The notes under the pieces were generated by a model. It worked only from the letters and a program-made list of their open reading frames with translations. It ran no database searches and was not told where the DNA came from. 64,000 nucleotides of DNA from a virus. The stretch lies in the IMG/VR virus record IMGVR_UViG_3300049893_003686; one strand, given 5' to 3'. Positions 28,511-37,852 of the stretch are shown in pieces. The stretch's first letter is position 1; each line of letters begins with the position of its first letter. A program made the position numbers and the translations under genes.

Positions 28511-30802
28511 ATGAAGAAATATATTTTCGCAACGCTACTGCTCGCAACTACAGCGGCAGCATCAAATAGCGATAAATCTCATCATGAAAAGGTGGAGATT
28601 TGTCATAAGGATCATCATGAAATTAGTGTCGACGAGCATGCTGTCGAGGCGCATATTGATCACGGCGATTGTCTCGGGACATGTCCATGCGCCCCATTGC
28701 CAGAATGCCAATCTGATGCTGATTGTACTAACGATCTATTCTGTGATGGCAACGAATCATGCCTCAATGGAAGCTGTGTGGCAGGAGAGTCTCCGTGTGA
28801 GCACAGCTTATCATGTGACGAAGTGGAAGACCTATGTGTGCAACAGCCAGATTGCATTACCGATAGCGATTGTGACGACGGAGTATTTTGTAATAATCAA
28901 GAATTATGTTTAAATGGCTCCTGTGTTTCTTTTGGAGATAGTCCATGCCCAGACTACATTTGTGTAGAAAAGTATGCCATATGCGTATTGCCACCAGAGT
29001 GTCATGTAGATGACGATTGTACGAATGGACTATTTTGCGACGGGCACGAATTATGTTCAAATGGAGCATGCGTATCCAATGTACTTCCATGCCCTGAAAC
29101 AGAACAGTGTGACGAAGAATCTGATGCTTGTTTTAATGCAGGTGAGGGTGAAGGAGAAGGCGAGGGAGAAGGTGAGGGTGAAGGAGAAGGCGAGGGAGAA
29201 GGTGAGGGTGAAGGAGAAGGCGAGGGAGAAGGTGAGGGTGAAGGAGAAGGCGAGGGAGAAGGTGAAGGCGAGGGTGAAGGTGCCGAGAAAACAAACTTAT
29301 TTGTCTCAGGGTCAGGGATTTTTTCATGCTCTGAGTCATCATCTCCAGACCTGTTTATACTTGCACTATTCTTGCCAGCACTGCTAATATCACAAAAGCG
29401 TAGGGCACTAGTAGCAACCTTAGTAATTGGACTATTTTCATTCTCTGCTTCTGCAGAAGGATTAAATCGTGTAGGTGGCCCAACATCATTTAACGATTCC
29501 CCGCAAGCATCATCAGCGGATCTACTGCCTAACCTTACATTGCAGACTGGTCTAAACTTAGATTACTCGCATGCTCCATTGGTGCTCAGAGACGTAGCTT
29601 TTATTAAGCATAGTGATTTGGTCGAACACCAATTCTCAAGTAGCATCAATGCAGCAATGGGATTTCGCGATGTCGTGCAATTAGATCTAGCATTGCCCAT
29701 TTCAGTCGCAACAGGACAGGGTTTAAATTTGGATGGAACACCATCAGCTGGTCTTCAGGATATGACAGCTGGTGTTAGATTGCGGTTGACTGACAGCAAA
29801 GCACCATTACGCACTGCCCTTAGCCTTAAAGGTACGATGCCAACATCGCTATTGTCATTTAATGGAATGCCAACATTTGGAGAGGTATTCCCGACGCTTA
29901 CCCCAGGAGTCTTACTTACTGCCGGCAATGAGTTGGCATCAGTTACACTAAATACAGGATACACTATTCGTATTCCTAAAAATGTAGCGGATCTTCAAAT
30001 GGGACATACTGTAAATGCAGCTGTAGGTGGACAACTGTGCTTACTTAAAGATAGCTTGTGGTTAGTCGGAGATGTTGGCACAAGTCTATCAGCACAAGGC
30101 TTGTTTACAAATCGATTATTTATGCCAGTAGAGGCGACACTTGGCTTTAAAGGAAAGCACGGTCCTTTCTATGGAATGGTAGCCGCTGGCTCTGGGCTAT
30201 TGCCCGACGTTGGGACCCCTGATGTGCGCGTTTTGGCTTCATTAGGTCTTAATTTTGACTTTGCAACTAAGCAGAAAGCACGTACCACTAGCAAGTTAGT
30301 TACAGAGCATAATCCTCTGCCACCTCCACTTGATTCCGATGGCGATGGGATCCTTGATCAAGATGATAAGTGTCCAAATGATCCAGAGGATTTTGATGGA
30401 TTTGAGGATTCAGATGGGTGCCCAGAGCAAGAGTTAGTAGTAATAGAGTCAGAAAAAATCATATTGTTATCCCCAGTGTACTTTTTCTTTGACTCAGATC
30501 AAATTAAACCAGAAAGCTTTCAAGTATTGAATGATGTGGCAACTGTACTAAAAGAGCATACTGAGATTAAGCTATTGTCTATTGAGGGGCATGCCTCAGC
30601 AGAAGGTGAATTGGATTATAACCAAGCACTTAGTGAACGCCGAGCTTTGGCAATAGTAAAATTCCTCCAAAAGGCAGGAGTTGCTACAGAACGACTTGTT
30701 GCACTCGGGCATGGAGAGAATAATCCGGCTGAATCAAATAAGACAAAAGCTGGACGTGAAAAAAATCGCCGCGTAGAGTTTCGTATTCTAGAAAAGCAGT
30801 GA
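28511..30802 (+). CDS. Large secreted OmpA-family cell-envelope protein. It has N-terminal Cys-rich modules, a Glu-Gly repeat, thrombospondin-type-3-like Ca-binding repeats and a C-terminal OmpA peptidoglycan-binding domain.
   Basis: Signal peptide MKKYIFATLLLATTAAAS with RBS GGAGAA. Four DCTNDLFCDGxExCxNGSCV modules. (EG)n tract. DSDGDGILDQDDKCPNDPEDFDGFEDSDGCPE. OmpA box NQALSERRALAIVKFL...RRVEF. Confidence 0.8.
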   Translation: MKKYIFATLLLATTAAASNSDKSHHEKVEICHKDHHEISVDEHAVEAHIDHGDCLGTCPCAPLPECQSDADCTNDLFCDGNESCLNGSCVAGESPCEHSLSCDEVEDLCVQQPDCITDSDCDDGVFCNNQELCLNGSCVSFGDSPCPDYICVEKYAICVLPPECHVDDDCTNGLFCDGHELCSNGACVSNVLPCPETEQCDEESDACFNAGEGEGEGEGEGEGEGEGEGEGEGEGEGEGEGEGEGEGEGEGEGEGEGAEKTNLFVSGSGIFSCSESSSPDLFILALFLPALLISQKRRALVATLVIGLFSFSASAEGLNRVGGPTSFNDSPQASSADLLPNLTLQTGLNLDYSHAPLVLRDVAFIKHSDLVEHQFSSSINAAMGFRDVVQLDLALPISVATGQGLNLDGTPSAGLQDMTAGVRLRLTDSKAPLRTALSLKGTMPTSLLSFNGMPTFGEVFPTLTPGVLLTAGNELASVTLNTGYTIRIPKNVADLQMGHTVNAAVGGQLCLLKDSLWLVGDVGTSLSAQGLFTNRLFMPVEATLGFKGKHGPFYGMVAAGSGLLPDVGTPDVRVLASLGLNFDFATKQKARTTSKLVTEHNPLPPPLDSDGDGILDQDDKCPNDPEDFDGFEDSDGCPEQELVVIESEKIILLSPVYFFFDSDQIKPESFQVLNDVATVLKEHTEIKLLSIEGHASAEGELDYNQALSERRALAIVKFLQKAGVATERLVALGHGENNPAESNKTKAGREKNRRVEFRILEKQ
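29141..29282 (+). repeat. In-frame simple repeat (GAGGGTGAAGGAGAAGGCGAGGGAGAAGGT)n encoding an (EG)~24 tract within the OmpA-family gene.
   Basis: Directly visible. Four or more copies of a 30-nt unit. Confidence 0.85.
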
Positions 30803-30806
30803 TATA

Positions 30807-30836
30807 AGGCGGCTCCATTATGGAGCTCGCGCCTTA
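30807..30836 (+). terminator. GC-rich interrupted hairpin directly after the OmpA-family stop codon (candidate terminator).
   Basis: AAGGCG GCTCCA tta TGGAGC tcg CGCCTT, a 12-bp interrupted stem. No clean T-tract follows. Confidence 0.35.
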
Positions 30837-30857
30837 AGCGCAGCTATAATAATATTT

Positions 30858-31628
30858 ATGAGCAGTAATGAACTTGGTTTGAAGATTAAAAGTTTATATG
30901 AAAATCGTACACGACTCTTGCTAGATCAAGATGAGTATATAATTATCAGAATTGATGGTAAGAATTTTTCAAGATATACTCGTAAGCTCAAAAAGCCATT
31001 CGATCAGGATCTTGCAGATGATTTCGACCAAACTGCTAAGATATTGTGCTCTCAAATCATGGGAGCACATATGGCATATACTCAAAGTGATGAGATAAGT
31101 ATTGTAGTTTCGAATTTTAGTTCTTCAGGTAAGGACATCTGGTTTAACGGAAATATACAAAAAATAGTTTCAGTATCATGTTCAATGGCAACAGCATCAT
31201 TTAATGATTCAAGAATAAAGCGAAGTGTTGATTATAAAGGTGGAATTTTTGATTCTAGGGTATTTACAATACCTGATCGCTCATCAGTATTAGAGTATTT
31301 AACCTGGAGACAAAAGGATGCAAGTAGAAATTCCATTTCCATGATTGCAAGAAGCGTAATGAGTAGTAAAGAAATGCATGGAATTTCTACTGGCAAAATA
31401 ATAGAGATTTTAAAAGATAGAGGAATAGACCTCAAAATATATAATCAAGGTCTATTGTATGGAAGAATTATTTTCAAAGAAAAATTTACAGTAACCGCTA
31501 CTCATAGTGAATACGGGATTGCTCAAAATTCTGATTCACTCAGAACAAGATGGGTAGCTAAGACAGCACCAAATTTCTCTAAAGAAGACATTTCCATAGA
31601 ATTGATTCCAGAAAGAAAGCTTTCTTGA
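30858..31628 (+). CDS. Hypothetical protein.
   Basis: 256-aa ORF. Confidence 0.55.
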   Translation: MSSNELGLKIKSLYENRTRLLLDQDEYIIIRIDGKNFSRYTRKLKKPFDQDLADDFDQTAKILCSQIMGAHMAYTQSDEISIVVSNFSSSGKDIWFNGNIQKIVSVSCSMATASFNDSRIKRSVDYKGGIFDSRVFTIPDRSSVLEYLTWRQKDASRNSISMIARSVMSSKEMHGISTGKIIEILKDRGIDLKIYNQGLLYGRIIFKEKFTVTATHSEYGIAQNSDSLRTRWVAKTAPNFSKEDISIELIPERKLS

Positions 31629-31640
31629 TAGGAGCATAAT

Positions 31641-31973
31641 ATGAACGTATTTATAAGCACAAATTTCTATCTTTCAATGTTCCAAGATTTAGATAAGAAG
31701 GCAAAGATAGTGACATTTGACCAAATTGGTCTTAATATGGTAAAGCGATTTCTCGGACAAAATCCTATTAGTGTAAATATTGATTTACGTACAGCAACAG
31801 CGTTATCGGCAGCCCTATCTATTCCTATTATGGAATCATCAAGATTTGAAGTTGTAAAATCAGGCGATGCAGTCGTGATTGCCAAATATCATGGTCCAGA
31901 TTTGAAGACAACAAAAGACAAAGCTATGCCGCATAACGGCAGGTTTGACTTTTACCGTGCGGTTATCTCATGA
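31641..31973 (+). CDS. Hypothetical protein.
   Basis: 110-aa ORF. Confidence 0.45.
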   Translation: MNVFISTNFYLSMFQDLDKKAKIVTFDQIGLNMVKRFLGQNPISVNIDLRTATALSAALSIPIMESSRFEVVKSGDAVVIAKYHGPDLKTTKDKAMPHNGRFDFYRAVIS

Positions 31974-32182
31974 AACTTATAGCACGATTAATCCTCTCAC
32001 CAGCCATACTTACGACATATGCTACATATGGAGCTGTATTAGCTGCACAATCTTGTAGAGATGATTGCACTCTCTTATCTAGTTTAAAGCACGGATTATC
32101 AGGTTGTGTAGCGGGATTTGCTCATGGATCCTATTATATTGTAAGCGGTCGTAAACTAAGTAACTCTTTATTTGATGAGTAA
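31970..32182 (+). CDS. Hypothetical small membrane protein.
   Basis: 70-aa ORF, hydrophobic. ATGA overlap. Confidence 0.4.
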   Translation: MKLIARLILSPAILTTYATYGAVLAAQSCRDDCTLLSSLKHGLSGCVAGFAHGSYYIVSGRKLSNSLFDE

Positions 32183-32184
32183 AT

Positions 32185-33492
32185 ATGATTAAGATTCCGC
32201 TTTCAATCTCCCCGTCATATGTTAGCTGGTCATGGTGGCATGCAATGCGCGAATTATTCCAAAATGGAATGGACGCACATGAGCAAGGGCTGCTAATGAC
32301 CTATTCATTTGATGAGAAGTTGCGACAATTAGCGATCAAGAATGAGGGAGCTAGTTTACCTAGAGAATCGCTTGTTCTTGGAGTTACATCGAAGAGAAAT
32401 GCCGCTAATCAACGCGGAGAATTTGGAGAGGGCTATAAGCTTGCAATGGCAACACTGTGTCGCTTAGGAGCGCATGTTACTATTTTTAACGGTAAAGAGA
32501 TCTGGATTCCGGAACTAATTCACTCAGATGTATTTAATACAGAAGTTCTATCATTTACCATTAAACCTAGCGCTATAGAGCATTCGCTTACAATTGTAGT
32601 AACAGGGATTCCAGTAGCAGAGTGGGAATTAGCAAATGAAAGATTGCTATTCTTATATGATACCCAACCTAAAGCGCTATCATGCAATGATGGCTCTATT
32701 TTATTAGAGCCGCAATATGCCGGTAAATTATATGTAAAAGGCATTTTTGTAAATGACTTACCAGATAAACATAAATTTGGATATGATTTATCTAAAATTA
32801 AGCTAGATCGAGATAGGCAAATTCCAGACATATATGCGTTAAGATATGCTTTATGCTGCCTGCTAAAAAGAACTACAGAGCTTGGCTTGCTAAAGCCGCT
32901 AGAAGTACTGGAAATTCTAGAGGCAGAATCAGGTGAGATTAGAGCATTTGATGCAGATTTTGCGAAATCTCCAGTCTTTGAGAAAATTGTAGCAGAAGCA
33001 TTCGATACAAAATACGGGAAAGATGCCATCCCAGTTAAATCATTAGATGACAGTATCAGAGCCAAAGATTTTGCTCTAAAAGGAGTAATTGTTAACTCTA
33101 CCCTTCTAAGGATTCTTAATAATACCAAGGTATCATTAAATCAGATTGTGGAATCTATGGTTCTATTGCCAACTAAAATCTGGTCGGCAAATGAACTTTC
33201 TAATGAGGAGATTTCAAATTTAAAATGGGCTGTAGAGTTAACGGCAAGGGTAGAGCCAATATCACTAACTCAAATTTCTGTTGTAGATTTTATAGGCGAT
33301 AAATTATATGGAAAGTTTGAATTTAGTACAGAGCACGTATCTATCGCTAGAAGAATTTTATGCGACAAGGTAGAACTAATTGCCACCATGGTGCATGAAA
33401 TATGTCATCGCTATGGTCCAGATGGCGACCTGAGACACAGATATGCAGTAGAAAATAGGTTGTCAAAACTCATCCTACTAGGGCAGAACTAA
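32185..33492 (+). CDS. GHKL-superfamily (Hsp90/MORC-like Bergerat fold) ATPase.
   Basis: N-box RELFQNGMDA (ExxxNxxDA) and G2-box RGEFGEGYKLAMATL (Hsp90 GQFGVGFYSAF-like). Confidence 0.5.
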   Translation: MIKIPLSISPSYVSWSWWHAMRELFQNGMDAHEQGLLMTYSFDEKLRQLAIKNEGASLPRESLVLGVTSKRNAANQRGEFGEGYKLAMATLCRLGAHVTIFNGKEIWIPELIHSDVFNTEVLSFTIKPSAIEHSLTIVVTGIPVAEWELANERLLFLYDTQPKALSCNDGSILLEPQYAGKLYVKGIFVNDLPDKHKFGYDLSKIKLDRDRQIPDIYALRYALCCLLKRTTELGLLKPLEVLEILEAESGEIRAFDADFAKSPVFEKIVAEAFDTKYGKDAIPVKSLDDSIRAKDFALKGVIVNSTLLRILNNTKVSLNQIVESMVLLPTKIWSANELSNEEISNLKWAVELTARVEPISLTQISVVDFIGDKLYGKFEFSTEHVSIARRILCDKVELIATMVHEICHRYGPDGDLRHRYAVENRLSKLILLGQN

Positions 33493-33572
33493 TCTATTAG
33501 ATTAAATAATCTGCTTATAATTATAACACAATGTTAATTATAATATAACCAAGGATATCGGTATGCAGTTAA

Positions 33573-33938
33573 ATGAAAGACATAACAAGAGAATATATTA
33601 AGTTCTTTGCAATAGAGGAACAGATAAATAATATACTAGATGATTTCTTTGCAATGCTAATGAATTCATTAAATACATATGATGCTAATTATTTTCTCAG
33701 ACTGAGAGCTGGCTTTGATATGATCCTTCTATCTGAGAAAATTGGAGCAATTTTAGAAGATACATTTTCAGATGCAGAGTTACAGGAAATAATTGTTCTA
33801 TATAAGGCAAACCCTGTTCTGCTCAAAGTATTAGATGCCAGAGATGTTATATCATCCGCTCAGGCTAAAGCCGGCCAGGAAATGGTTGAAGAGGCGCTAT
33901 GCAAGGTACCTTTTGTCGTTTCTGATGGGAGCTGTTAA
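33573..33938 (+). CDS. Hypothetical protein.
   Basis: 121-aa ORF. TAATGA overlaps the next gene. Confidence 0.45.
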   Translation: MKDITREYIKFFAIEEQINNILDDFFAMLMNSLNTYDANYFLRLRAGFDMILLSEKIGAILEDTFSDAELQEIIVLYKANPVLLKVLDARDVISSAQAKAGQEMVEEALCKVPFVVSDGSC

Positions 33939-34588
33939 TGAAAGTCGTATGTGTGAGTGATACACATAATTATGCTAATTATGTAGAAATTCCAGAAGGA
34001 GATGTGCTGGTTCATGCTGGAGATTTTACAATGAGCGGCTCACAAAAAGAATTTGAAGCATTCGCTAGATGGCTGGCCACTTTGACACACGAACATGTTA
34101 TTATAGTAGCCGGCAATCATGACTGGTTGGCTGAAAAAGACCCAGTACAAGCCAGGCAAATTATTGAAGGGGCCAGGCATAACATACATTATTTAGTAGA
34201 TCAATCTATAATACTTAGTGGAATTAAATTCTACGGATCGCCATATCAGCCAGAGTTTCGTCAATGGGCATTTAATTTACCAAGAGGAGATAGAAGTAAA
34301 GAGAAATGGGCTGAAATACCTGATGATACGAACGTGTTAATCACACATGGTCCACCAATTATGATTGGAGATCAGGTACATAGGAGTGATACTATTGTAG
34401 TTGAAAATGTTGGATGCAAAGATCTAGCGGAGAGGATAGCTACATTATCACAATTAAAAGCTCATATATATGGGCATATTCATGACGGATATGGACATAG
34501 GGTGATTAATAATATCTCCTATATTAATGCATCTGCGTTGAATGATAAATATCAGATAGCCCATAAACCAATTTTACTTAATCTATAG
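33938..34588 (+). CDS. Calcineurin-like metallophosphoesterase (second copy of this fold in the window).
   Basis: Motifs CVSDTHNY, HAGDF, GNHDW, THGPP and GHIHDGYGH. Confidence 0.8.
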   Translation: MKVVCVSDTHNYANYVEIPEGDVLVHAGDFTMSGSQKEFEAFARWLATLTHEHVIIVAGNHDWLAEKDPVQARQIIEGARHNIHYLVDQSIILSGIKFYGSPYQPEFRQWAFNLPRGDRSKEKWAEIPDDTNVLITHGPPIMIGDQVHRSDTIVVENVGCKDLAERIATLSQLKAHIYGHIHDGYGHRVINNISYINASALNDKYQIAHKPILLNL

Positions 34589-34693
34589 CATGATAATTAA
34601 AATTAATAATATGAGCGGGAATCGCACTCTAATTTCTTTATATATGTAAAGATCTTATACATATATTGATATTAGCGATAGCAAATATAACAA

Positions 34694-34879
34694 ATGGGAG
34701 TATATAAAATGATTGATCTACATATCCAAGAAGCTCTTGAAGAGGTGCGCGACACTCTTTCGAATTATATGAGCGAAGCAGAGATGTTCGATGACACTGA
34801 TGAGCGATTGGCATCAGCAGAAGAAGTAATGCAGGAAGTGCTTGACAAGATTACGGCTTTAATTGAAGGTTCACTATGA
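34694..34879 (+). CDS. Hypothetical small acidic protein.
   Basis: 61-aa ORF. RBS GGGAG upstream. Confidence 0.4.
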   Translation: MGVYKMIDLHIQEALEEVRDTLSNYMSEAEMFDDTDERLASAEEVMQEVLDKITALIEGSL

Positions 34880-35238
34880 AGGAATCGATAGAAATTTTCC
34901 AGATTAGAACTAAGTCTGGATTATTTAGCTCAGGTGGTATCAGACCGAGCTTTAAGAAAAAAGGAAAAGCATGGTATAAACTTACTGATGTGCTAAGACA
35001 TCTTGCTGAACTTGACGGTTTACGGCGAGAGGAAATATATAAAGGATGTGTTATTACCTCAAGAGTTTATGAGCTTAGGACACAGATAGATCAGCCAATA
35101 GAAAATGTACTGTCTGAATTAACAGAAAAAGAAAATAAGAAGATGCAGAAAAGAGAAGCTGATCGAAGGGCCTATATTGAGCGCGAAGAGTTAGCAGAAC
35201 TAGAGCGGCTAAAAGCCAAATATAGTAATGTGCGGTAA
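34876..35238 (+). CDS. Hypothetical protein (basic, coiled-coil C-terminus).
   Basis: 120-aa ORF. ATGA overlap. Confidence 0.45.
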   Translation: MKESIEIFQIRTKSGLFSSGGIRPSFKKKGKAWYKLTDVLRHLAELDGLRREEIYKGCVITSRVYELRTQIDQPIENVLSELTEKENKKMQKREADRRAYIEREELAELERLKAKYSNVR

Positions 35239-35527
35239 GTCATTGACCTTATTGGAAATAAAAGCTCCCTATTATAGCAGAATATTATATGGCAAAGAAA
35301 AATAAAAAGAAAAATAAGATACGTATTCCAAGAAAGCTTGCACGCTTAGCATGGGAGCGTAATGGGGCAGGTCAACATAAGGACAAGAAACATCAAAAAA
35401 ATATAGATGAATGTCGCAAGTGGACTGCAGATCAGGAGTTAGATAATTAATTCCACCAGTCGACAGACATGCTCATATATTTTATTATCAACAATTCTCT
35501 AACAAATCTATATAATTTGGTGATAAT

Positions 35528-35929
35528 ATGATTGAATTTACATCTGCAGAAAATGGTGACCCTCAATATGATAATCGCAAATGGGTGGATAAAATGTTCA
35601 CCGATGCTAGTCAAAACGGACCTGTCCCACTAGATGTTGTCGTACATGATTGCAGTGATAAATCAAATTTAGGAACAGTAGAGCTAAATCCCAATAGTAT
35701 TAGCGTACTGGCAGATTTTGCTATAAATACTTCAAGTAAGAATATCCTAAAGGGAGAACACATACTTGTACTTGGAGGAAATCGTCAAGCAAGAGGTGGA
35801 CTGGGTAGACTGTGGGTGCCAGCAAGCCAGCTAGGAGATTTGATCAATCATCTACAGACACTAAAAGCATCTCTTGACCAGGACCTAACTAGATTAGTTG
35901 AGCAGATGCGCTCAGAGCGGGATGACTAG
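35528..35929 (+). CDS. Hypothetical protein.
   Basis: 133-aa ORF. Confidence 0.45.
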   Translation: MIEFTSAENGDPQYDNRKWVDKMFTDASQNGPVPLDVVVHDCSDKSNLGTVELNPNSISVLADFAINTSSKNILKGEHILVLGGNRQARGGLGRLWVPASQLGDLINHLQTLKASLDQDLTRLVEQMRSERDD

Positions 35930-36039
35930 AACTAGCAAATAATTTGAAAGAAAAAAGTCACGCAGTACTTTACGTAGGGATGCTACCTGATTATATTACC
36001 AATAATCAGGCGCACATGCGCACCTTACGGAGGTATACT

Positions 36040-36435
36040 ATGCTGTTCAAGTACTTAACTTTGGATCCAATGGATAATTTGCTTGGGTCATTTGGGCGTA
36101 CATATAACTCAACCCACAATAAGCTACCAGCGAATATTTCATCTCAACAAGATAAATACGAAATAAGCATCCTTATTCCAGGATTTACCAAAGACGAGAT
36201 TAAGTTAACTGTAAGTGGTAATACTATGCTAATTTTAGCTGAAAAATCAACCATTTCTGATGTGGAATATTTCCATAAAGAATTTGCAATTGAAACAGTA
36301 GAGCGTAAAATATCATTACCTTCTTCAGTTAAGAAGGATGCCATTTCAGCATCATATAATGAAGGAATTCTGACCATTACACTCCCACACTCTAACTTAA
36401 GAAATGAGTCTTCCATTGAAATTCAAGTTTGCTAA
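36040..36435 (+). CDS. Small heat-shock protein (Hsp20/alpha-crystallin family).
   Basis: Alpha-crystallin domain YEISILIPGFTKDEIKLTVSGNTMLILAEK ... FAIETVERKISLPSSVKKDAISASYNEGILTITLP. RBS GGAGGT lies before ATG 36040. Confidence 0.75.
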   Translation: MLFKYLTLDPMDNLLGSFGRTYNSTHNKLPANISSQQDKYEISILIPGFTKDEIKLTVSGNTMLILAEKSTISDVEYFHKEFAIETVERKISLPSSVKKDAISASYNEGILTITLPHSNLRNESSIEIQVC

Positions 36436-37300
36436 CAATCACCATAATGGTATAGATTACTGTATCATCTATCATGCTAACTGTGCCGACGGCTTTGCGG
36501 CTGCTTGGGCCATATGGAAAGTGCTAGGGGACCAGCTGGCCAGCTATCATCCGGCAGCATACGGCTCAGAGCCACCTGAAGAAATAAAGGATAGGCACGT
36601 AGTTATAGTAGATTTTTCATACTCTCGTAAGGTTCTTGAAGAAATCAAGAGCAAGGCAAAAAGCCTGTTAGTTCTCGATCATCATAAAAGTGCTGAAGAG
36701 AGTTTGCGTGATTTCGAGGGAGCTCATTTTGATATGAATCGCAGCGGGGCCGGTATGGCATGGGATTATTTCCATGAAAAGCCCCGTCCGCCACTCATTA
36801 ATTATGTAGAGGATCGAGACTTATGGAACTGGAAGCTGCCATATGCTAAAGAACTAACCGCTATGTTTGAAATTGATAATCAATCATTTCAAGATCTCTC
36901 TGAATTTAATAGCAAGTTAGAGTCACCTGAAGAATTTCAAGTCTTGGTAACTAAGGGGTCTGCTGTCCTAGAATATAAGAATTCTAGAGTTAAAATGCTG
37001 TCCTCCAAACCTTATATGGTAGACATATCCAGTATATGTATGTTAGATGACCTGACATTGCAGATTCCATGTGTCAATTCTCAACTTTTTCAAAGTGAAA
37101 TTGGTAATGTTTTGGCTCAAAAGCATCCAATGGCAATAGTTTGGTATCGCGCAGAAGACGGATCATATAGACACTCATTGCGTTCGAATGGCAAAATTGA
37201 TTGTAGCAAGATTGCTCAATTTTGGGGAGGCGGGGGTCATGCAAATGCAGCAGGATTTACAACGCAAGAACCCTTAGTTAGAATGGATGATAAAAGCTAA
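36404..37300 (+). CDS. DHH-DHHA1 family phosphoesterase (NrnA/RecJ-like).
   Basis: Motifs ANCADGFAAAWAIW, VVIVDFS and LVLDHHKS (DHH). GGGGHANAAG (DHHA1). Confidence 0.75.
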   Translation: MSLPLKFKFANNHHNGIDYCIIYHANCADGFAAAWAIWKVLGDQLASYHPAAYGSEPPEEIKDRHVVIVDFSYSRKVLEEIKSKAKSLLVLDHHKSAEESLRDFEGAHFDMNRSGAGMAWDYFHEKPRPPLINYVEDRDLWNWKLPYAKELTAMFEIDNQSFQDLSEFNSKLESPEEFQVLVTKGSAVLEYKNSRVKMLSSKPYMVDISSICMLDDLTLQIPCVNSQLFQSEIGNVLAQKHPMAIVWYRAEDGSYRHSLRSNGKIDCSKIAQFWGGGGHANAAGFTTQEPLVRMDDKS

Positions 37301-37412
37301 GCTTGCATATAATTTATGGGTGATGGACCCACAAGCCATCAGTTGGTCGCTAAAAGACTCGGCAAGGGCTGCCGCTATAATAGCCTATATTTATTAGTTT
37401 AATAGCTTATTA

Positions 37413-37484
37413 AACCACCCACAAGCAGATATATACATATGCCTTAATTTTAAGGTAGTATTATGTACTGCTTGTGGGTGGGTT
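37413..37484 (+). other. Long near-perfect inverted repeat (candidate structured RNA or terminator) in the intergenic region upstream of the Ro60 gene.
   Basis: AACCACCCACAAGCAG (37413-37428) pairs with CTGCTTGTGGGTGGGTT (37468-37484), giving 16 bp with one bulge and a 39-nt loop. A related CCCACAAGCC lies at 37326. Confidence 0.4.
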
Positions 37485-37506
37485 ATTAATAACTATATAC
37501 TGATAT

Positions 37507-37782
37507 ATGGCAATTACTCCATTAGAGTTGCAAACTCTTAGTACAGAGCAGATATCGAGCATCTCTCGGGCACGCTCTATAATAGACGCAGAGTTACGAT
37601 TAAAAGTCGACGAAGCATTTCCTATAAAGATTAGGCAGGGTATAATTGACTTTATTTTTAAAGAAAATGCAATGGTGCTCGATGCTCTGATATCAGAGTA
37701 CCGCGCAGCAGGATGGGAAGTGGTTACTTATTTGAGCGACAGTCAAGGTACATGGCTCAGCTTCTATCCTAGTTCTACGTGA
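37507..37782 (+). CDS. Hypothetical protein.
   Basis: 91-aa ORF between the hairpin and the Ro60 gene. Confidence 0.45.
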   Translation: MAITPLELQTLSTEQISSISRARSIIDAELRLKVDEAFPIKIRQGIIDFIFKENAMVLDALISEYRAAGWEVVTYLSDSQGTWLSFYPSST

Positions 37783-37852
37783 GCGGTAGAATTTATAATT
37801 CACATCATATATACTCTATATTTCTACTTGTCAGGCAAGCAGTAGGTGATTT

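Noticed and set aside
28584-29387. Alternate-frame ORFs inside the OmpA-family gene, including the REKVRVKEKA repeat ORF 29010-29387
   Set aside because: They are products of the (EG)n 30-nt repeat read in other frames. They are embedded in a long gene with signal-peptide-to-OmpA-domain continuity.
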